From assembly GCA_934646835.1 (NCBI GenBank), contig CAKUES010000003.1, forward strand, positions 16,500-80,499: a stretch of DNA of 64,000 nucleotides. The letters run 5' to 3'. The number at the start of each line of letters is the position of its first letter. The first letter of the stretch is position 1. The position numbers were made by a program, and so were the translations under genes. The stretch is from an uncultured Coriobacteriales bacterium (lineage in GTDB: Bacteria; Actinomycetota; Coriobacteriia; Coriobacteriales; QAMH01). Shown here in pieces: positions 59,120-64,000 of the stretch. A model generated the notes under the pieces. The model worked only from the letters and a program-made list of their open reading frames with translations, ran no database searches and was not told where the DNA came from.

Positions 59120-60472
59120 ATGTCCCACTACGAGCGTACTGCCGTTGCCGCTGATAACCTCACCGTCAACGACCTCCTCGGTGTCGCACCTGTCACCACC
59201 AAGGTCGAAGACGGCGTTGTCTCCATCGGTGGCGTCCCCCTCGCTGACATCATCGAGAAATATGGCACCGCTCTGTATGTGTACGACGAGGCCACCCTGC
59301 GCAAGCAGCTTTCCGACTATGTGAGGGAGTTCAAGTCTCGCTACGAGAACAGTGACGTCATCTACGCGACCAAGAGCTTCTGCTGCGTTGCGATGACCAA
59401 GATCGTTGCGGAGGAGGGCGCCCACATCGACGTCGGAAGCGGCGGCGAGCTCGCTTTTGCCAAGGCTGCGGGTTTCCCCATGGACAGGGTTTCCGTTCAG
59501 GGCAACAACAAGACCCCGGAAGAGATTCGCGAGGCCATCGAGGCCGGCGTCGGTTGCTTCGTGGTCGACACACATGAGGAGCTCGAGCGCATCAACCTCG
59601 TTGCACGCGAGAAGGACATCAAGCAGAAGGTCATCCTGCGCATCTGCCCCGGTGTCGAGGCCGACACCCTCGACTACATCATGACGGCTAACGAGGACTC
59701 CAAGTTCGGCTTCAACATCAAGAACGGAGCCGCCAAAGCTGCCACGGAGTACGCGCTGGCACACACCCACCTCAACATGGCGGGCTACCACATGCACATC
59801 GGCTCCCAGATCTTCGACTTGAGCTGCTGGCCCATTGCCATCAGGGTCATGTTCGAGTTCATGGACCAGATGCGCAGCGAGCTGGGCTACACGGCGGAGA
59901 TCTTTGACCTCGGCGGCGGCTTGGGCATCCCGTACCTAGTCACCGACAAGCCGAGCTCCATCGCAGAGTTCGCGGAGGTCGCCTGCAGCGCCGTCAAGGA
60001 GTGCGCTCAGGAGTTCGACTACCCGCTGCCCCATATCTACACGGAGCCCGGCCGCTCCATCAGCGCCAATGCAGGCGTTACGCTGTACACGATCGGCTCC
60101 GTCAAAGAGAACGGTGGCATCACCTATGTTGCCGTTGACGGCGGCATGACGGACAACATCCGCACGGCTCTGTATGATTCCGAGTACGAGGCTTTCGTGG
60201 TCGAGTCGGCGGACAAGCCGCGCGACATGGTCTGCGACGTCGTCGGCAAGCACTGCGAGAGTGGTGACGTCGTCGTCCGCAACCGCAGCCTGCAGCGCTG
60301 CGAGGCCGGCCAGCACGTCTGCGTTCTTGGAACGGGCGCTTACTGCAACGAGATGGCGAGCAACTACAACAGGCAGGTTCGCCCTGGTATCGTGATGGTT
60401 CGCGACGGCGAGGCCCGCTTGGTCGTTCGCCGCGAGACCTACGAGGACCTTTTGGCCCGCGACATCTACTAG
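59120..60472 (+). CDS. lysA: diaminopimelate decarboxylase
   Basis: 450 aa. PLP Lys region YATKSF, the HIGSQ block, EPGRSI, and CESGD. Confidence 0.93.
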   Translation: MSHYERTAVAADNLTVNDLLGVAPVTTKVEDGVVSIGGVPLADIIEKYGTALYVYDEATLRKQLSDYVREFKSRYENSDVIYATKSFCCVAMTKIVAEEGAHIDVGSGGELAFAKAAGFPMDRVSVQGNNKTPEEIREAIEAGVGCFVVDTHEELERINLVAREKDIKQKVILRICPGVEADTLDYIMTANEDSKFGFNIKNGAAKAATEYALAHTHLNMAGYHMHIGSQIFDLSCWPIAIRVMFEFMDQMRSELGYTAEIFDLGGGLGIPYLVTDKPSSIAEFAEVACSAVKECAQEFDYPLPHIYTEPGRSISANAGVTLYTIGSVKENGGITYVAVDGGMTDNIRTALYDSEYEAFVVESADKPRDMVCDVVGKHCESGDVVVRNRSLQRCEAGQHVCVLGTGAYCNEMASNYNRQVRPGIVMVRDGEARLVVRRETYEDLLARDIY

Positions 60473-60529
60473 CACTGGCGCGCGGCCTCATTTGATTTAC
60501 GTTATCGACAAGTTGCACGAGGAGGCATC

Positions 60530-61813
60530 ATGCACAAGGTGAAGATCGGTCTTATCGGTTGCGGCACCGTTGGCGGTGGCGTTGTCAAGCTCCTGTTCAA
60601 GGAGGGCAGCAACTACCAGGACCGCTTTGGGCCGGAGATCGAGCTCGCCAAGGTCTGCTCGCGCACCAAGTCCAAGATCACGGCGCTCGGCGTGCCCGAG
60701 GACCGCATCGTCGACGACTACATGGACATCGTCAACGACCCTGAGATCGACATCGTCGTCGAGCTCGTCGGCGGCACCGGCTTTGCCGGCGACGTCGTGC
60801 GCAACGCCCTCAAGGCCGGCAAGAACGTCGTGACGGCCAACAAGGCCCTGCTTGCAGAGTACGGCGAGGAGATCTTCACCCTGGCAGACTCTGGCTCCGG
60901 CAGCGTCTCCTTCGAGGCGGCCGTCGGCGGCGGCATCCCCGTCGTCGACCCGCTCAAGCGCAGCTTGGTCGGCAACCGCATCAACTCCGTCATGGGCATC
61001 CTCAACGGCACGACCAACTACATGCTCACCCGCATGAGTCAGGAGGGCATCAACTATGCCGACGTCCTCGCCGATGCACAGCGTCTGGGCTACGCAGAAG
61101 CCGATCCCACCGCTGATGTCGAGGGCCACGACGCCGCTGCCAAGATCGCGCTGCTGAGCTCCATGGTCTTCAATTCCCGCGTCAACGTGAAGGATGTCTA
61201 CACCAACGGCATCTCCACCATCAGCCCTGTCGACTTCGAGCGCGCCCGCGCTATGGGCTACGTCATCAAGCTGCTGGCCATCGGCCGTCGTGCCGCCAGC
61301 GGCATCGACGTGCGTGTCCATCCCGCGATGCTGCCCGCAAGCCATCCCATGGCCTCTGTCAACGGCGTCTACAACGCCGTCTACGTCGAGGGCGAGCCCA
61401 TCGGCGACGTCATGTTCTTTGGCCAGGGCGCTGGCGAGGGCGCTACTGCGTCCGCCGTCATGGGCAACATCATCGACGCGGCTCGCTGTATCGACGAGGG
61501 CAGCCCCGTCGGCTTTGGCTGCACCTGCATCTACAAGCTTCCCTACATGCCCATCGAGGACTTGGAGTCGCGCTATTATCTCCGCATCGAGGTGAAGGAC
61601 GTCCACGGCACCCTGCACGCGATCTCCGAGGTCTTCGACGAGTGCGGCATCTCCATCAAGACGCTCAACCAGACCCCGCTCAGCGACAGCATGAGCGAGA
61701 TGACCTTCGTTACCCACAGGGCCAAAGAGTCCGATGTCCAGCATGCGCTCAAGATGATCTCCGCGCTTGACTGCTGCGAGAGTATCGGCACCCTTATCAG
61801 AATCGAGGAGTAG
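60530..61813 (+). CDS. hom: homoserine dehydrogenase
   Basis: 427 aa. Rossmann GLIGCGTVGGGV, TANKAL, GILNGTTNYML, and a C-terminal ACT domain. Confidence 0.93.
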   Translation: MHKVKIGLIGCGTVGGGVVKLLFKEGSNYQDRFGPEIELAKVCSRTKSKITALGVPEDRIVDDYMDIVNDPEIDIVVELVGGTGFAGDVVRNALKAGKNVVTANKALLAEYGEEIFTLADSGSGSVSFEAAVGGGIPVVDPLKRSLVGNRINSVMGILNGTTNYMLTRMSQEGINYADVLADAQRLGYAEADPTADVEGHDAAAKIALLSSMVFNSRVNVKDVYTNGISTISPVDFERARAMGYVIKLLAIGRRAASGIDVRVHPAMLPASHPMASVNGVYNAVYVEGEPIGDVMFFGQGAGEGATASAVMGNIIDAARCIDEGSPVGFGCTCIYKLPYMPIEDLESRYYLRIEVKDVHGTLHAISEVFDECGISIKTLNQTPLSDSMSEMTFVTHRAKESDVQHALKMISALDCCESIGTLIRIEE

Positions 61814-61819
61814 TAATTT

Positions 61820-62125
61820 ATGGCTTTGACTGAAAAGGACGTCCGCGACATCGCGGAATACGTCCGAATCGGGCTTTCCGACGAGGAGGTGGTCGCCATG
61901 ACCGCCGACCTCAACTCCATCATGGAGACCTTGAAGCCCATCACGGAGTTCGACCTCGAAGGTGTGGAGCCCACGTTCCACCCTATCGGCGACCTCTCCA
62001 ACGTCATGCGCGAGGATGTCGTGGGAACGCCCTTCCCGCGCGAGGTCGCGCTTTCCAACAGCCTCTCCGTCGAGGATGGCTGCTTTGACATTCCGTCTAT
62101 TCTCGGTGGGGAGGGGGACCGCTAA
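61820..62125 (+). CDS. gatC: Asp/Glu-tRNA amidotransferase subunit C
   Basis: 101 aa. Typical GatC N-terminus (...VRDIAEYVRIGLSDEE...); lies immediately upstream of gatA. Confidence 0.9.
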   Translation: MALTEKDVRDIAEYVRIGLSDEEVVAMTADLNSIMETLKPITEFDLEGVEPTFHPIGDLSNVMREDVVGTPFPREVALSNSLSVEDGCFDIPSILGGEGDR

Positions 62126-63600
62126 TGGCCGATTACCAGAACATGGGTATCCGCGACATCCACGAGGGCCTTCTCGCCAAGGAGTTCTCTGCCCGCGAGC
62201 TCGCAGAGGCCGCCTTTGACGCCATCGAGCGCAAGGACGGCCAGATTCACGCCTTCCTCGAGACCACGCCGGAGCTTGCCTACGCGCAGGCCGACAAAGT
62301 CGACGCCGCTGTTGCAGCAGGCGATGAGCTCGGCGTGCTCGCCGGCGTGCCCACTGCCTTCAAGGACAACATGAACCAGGTCGGCACCCACACCACCTGC
62401 GCTTCCAAGATGCTCGAGAGCTACGTGAGCCCCTTTGACGCCACCTGCGTTGCCAATGCGGTCAACGCAGGTGCCGTGCCCATCGGCAAGACGAATATGG
62501 ACGAGTTCGCCTTTGGCTCCACCACGGAGAGCTCCTACTTTGGCAAGACCAGCAACCCCTGGGATCTCGACCGCGTTCCCGGCGGCTCTTCCGGCGGCTC
62601 CGCTGCTGCCGTTGCCGCTGGCATGGCCACGGTCTCCCTCGGCTCCGATACCGGCGGCTCCATCCGTCAGCCGGCAAGCTTCTGCGGTGTCGTTGGCTTG
62701 AAGCCCACCTACGGCGTGGTCAGCCGCTATGGCGTCGTCGCCTTCGGCTCCTCCCTGGATCAGGTGGGTCCCTTCGCGCGCAGCGTCGAGGACGCCGCCT
62801 ATGTGCTCAACGCCATCTCCGGCCATGACCCGCATGATTGCACCAGCCAGCCCTGCGACGTGGACTTCACCAAGGTGCTCGGCATGGGTGTCGCCGGCAT
62901 GAAGATCGGCGTCGTCCCCGCCTTCATCGAGATGGAGGGTCTCTCTTCCGAGGTCCGTGATGCCTACCTCAAGGCCTGCAAGGACCTCGAGTCCCTGGGT
63001 GCAGAGATTGTGGAGATCGAGCTGCCCCATGCAGAGGCCGCCATCAGCGCGTACTACGTCATCGCCCCGTGTGAGGCGTTCTCCAACCTGTCTCGCTTCG
63101 ACTCTGTCCGCTACGGTCACGTTGCCAGCGGTCGCGACCTGGGCGAGCGCTATGAGAAATCTCGTGCAGAGGGCTTTGGCCCGGAGGCCAAGCGCCGCAT
63201 CATGCTCGGCGGCCACCTGCTTGCCAGCGGCGTGTACGACAAGTACTACTATCCCGCGCAGCAGGTTCGCACGCTGATCACGCAGGATTACGTGAAGGCC
63301 TTCAACAAGGTTGACACCATCATCATGCCCACCGCCCCCAGCGTCGCCTACAAGTCCGGCGAGATGAGCGACCCTGCGCGCATGTACCTGTCCGATATCT
63401 TCACGATCAGCCTCAACATCGCCGGTAACGGCGGCATGAGCCTGCCCGTCGGCTTTGGTGCCAAGACCGGCATGCCCGTCGGCCTGCAGATCATCGGCCC
63501 GCAGTTCCGCGATGAGCTGATGATCCGCGTTGCGTCTGCACTCGAGACTTGCTGTGGCATGGCCGGCAAGGTTGCGCCGTTTGAAGGAGGTGCCAACTAA
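62125..63600 (+). CDS. gatA: Asp/Glu-tRNA amidotransferase subunit A
   Basis: 491 aa. Amidase signature GGSSGGSAAAVAAG...GSDTGGSIRQPA. The start overlaps the gatC stop (TAATG). Confidence 0.95.
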   Translation: MADYQNMGIRDIHEGLLAKEFSARELAEAAFDAIERKDGQIHAFLETTPELAYAQADKVDAAVAAGDELGVLAGVPTAFKDNMNQVGTHTTCASKMLESYVSPFDATCVANAVNAGAVPIGKTNMDEFAFGSTTESSYFGKTSNPWDLDRVPGGSSGGSAAAVAAGMATVSLGSDTGGSIRQPASFCGVVGLKPTYGVVSRYGVVAFGSSLDQVGPFARSVEDAAYVLNAISGHDPHDCTSQPCDVDFTKVLGMGVAGMKIGVVPAFIEMEGLSSEVRDAYLKACKDLESLGAEIVEIELPHAEAAISAYYVIAPCEAFSNLSRFDSVRYGHVASGRDLGERYEKSRAEGFGPEAKRRIMLGGHLLASGVYDKYYYPAQQVRTLITQDYVKAFNKVDTIIMPTAPSVAYKSGEMSDPARMYLSDIFTISLNIAGNGGMSLPVGFGAKTGMPVGLQIIGPQFRDELMIRVASALETCCGMAGKVAPFEGGAN

Positions 63601-64000
63601 TGAAGGAGCTTGAAGAGGTCCTCAAGGATTGGGAGGCCGTCATCGGCCTGGAGATCCACGCCGAGCTGACCACGCTCAACACCAAGATGTTCTGCGACTG
63701 CCCCATCGAGTTTGGCGCAGACCCCAACACCCATACCTGCCCGGTTTGCCTGGGTCTCCCCGGTGCGCTGCCCGTCCCCAACAAGGCGGCTATCGAGAGC
63801 ATCGTTCTCGCTGGTCTCGCAACCAACTGCGACATCGAGAAGCGCACCATGTTCTACCGCAAGGGTTACTTCTACCCTGACATGGCCAAGAATTTCCAGA
63901 CCACCCAGGGCCCCAAGGCCTTCTGCATGCGCGGCCACCTCGACCTCGAGGTCTCCGGTAACGCTGCCAAGGAGCGCATCGACGTCGAGAAGGATGCCGA
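63600..64000 (+). CDS. gatB: Asp/Glu-tRNA amidotransferase subunit B, N-terminal part (runs off the window end)
   Basis: Own translation from ATG 63600 (overlaps the gatA stop, TAATG): MKELEEVLKDWEAVIGLEIHAELTTLNTKMFCDCP...CPVCLGLPGALP. Absent from the ORF track because there is no stop in the window. Confidence 0.9.
   Translation, partial: MKELEEVLKDWEAVIGLEIHAELTTLNTKMFCDCPIEFGADPNTHTCPVCLGLPGALPVPNKAAIESIVLAGLATNCDIEKRTMFYRKGYFYPDMAKNFQTTQGPKAFCMRGHLDLEVSGNAAKERIDVEKDA

Overview
GC-rich (by eye above 60%) chromosomal segment. Gene content and the argS-lysA-hom synteny suggest a Coriobacteriia-type actinobacterium; this is inference, no search was run. About 55 protein genes are mostly housekeeping. 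They include ettA, an Elp3-type radical-SAM/GNAT enzyme, an EF-G paralog, metQNI, and a full riboflavin operon (ribD-ribE-ribBA-ribH) behind an FMN riboswitch. There is also an ArsR/HMA/P1B-ATPase metal module, rhaD-like/glpK, queH/queA/tgt, nadE, two identical tandem tRNA-Pro(GGG), pcrA, ppaC, nhaA, and argS-lysA-hom-gatCAB. No rRNA, CRISPR array, prophage or recognisable defence island was seen. The unusual feature is the intergenic space: about 20 loci carry one of three unrelated families of structured palindromic repeats. Family 1 (11 copies) is built from the module GTGACACACTTTGTGCCAGTGACATTGTGTGTCAC. Two copies of it directly flank a lone IS200-fold HUH/Y1 transposase-like gene (38459-39184), which is the REPtron (RAYT + REP) arrangement. 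Family 2 is a ~118-bp MITE-like element with CCTAGGGAAA terminal inverted repeats and a GGGGAGGGAC-CCT-GTCCCTCCCC core. Family 3 is a ~100-bp nested palindrome that always lies just after a stop codon and shows compensatory arm changes between copies. Other items worth a second look are a Pro-punctuated 11-residue-repeat Ala/Lys protein, a HAD gene behind ribH, thrH, an orphan DinJ antitoxin, a PAP2 paralog with His->Asn, and an SD-sequestering hairpin ahead of argS. Most long antisense or out-of-frame ORFs in the track are GC-driven shadow ORFs.
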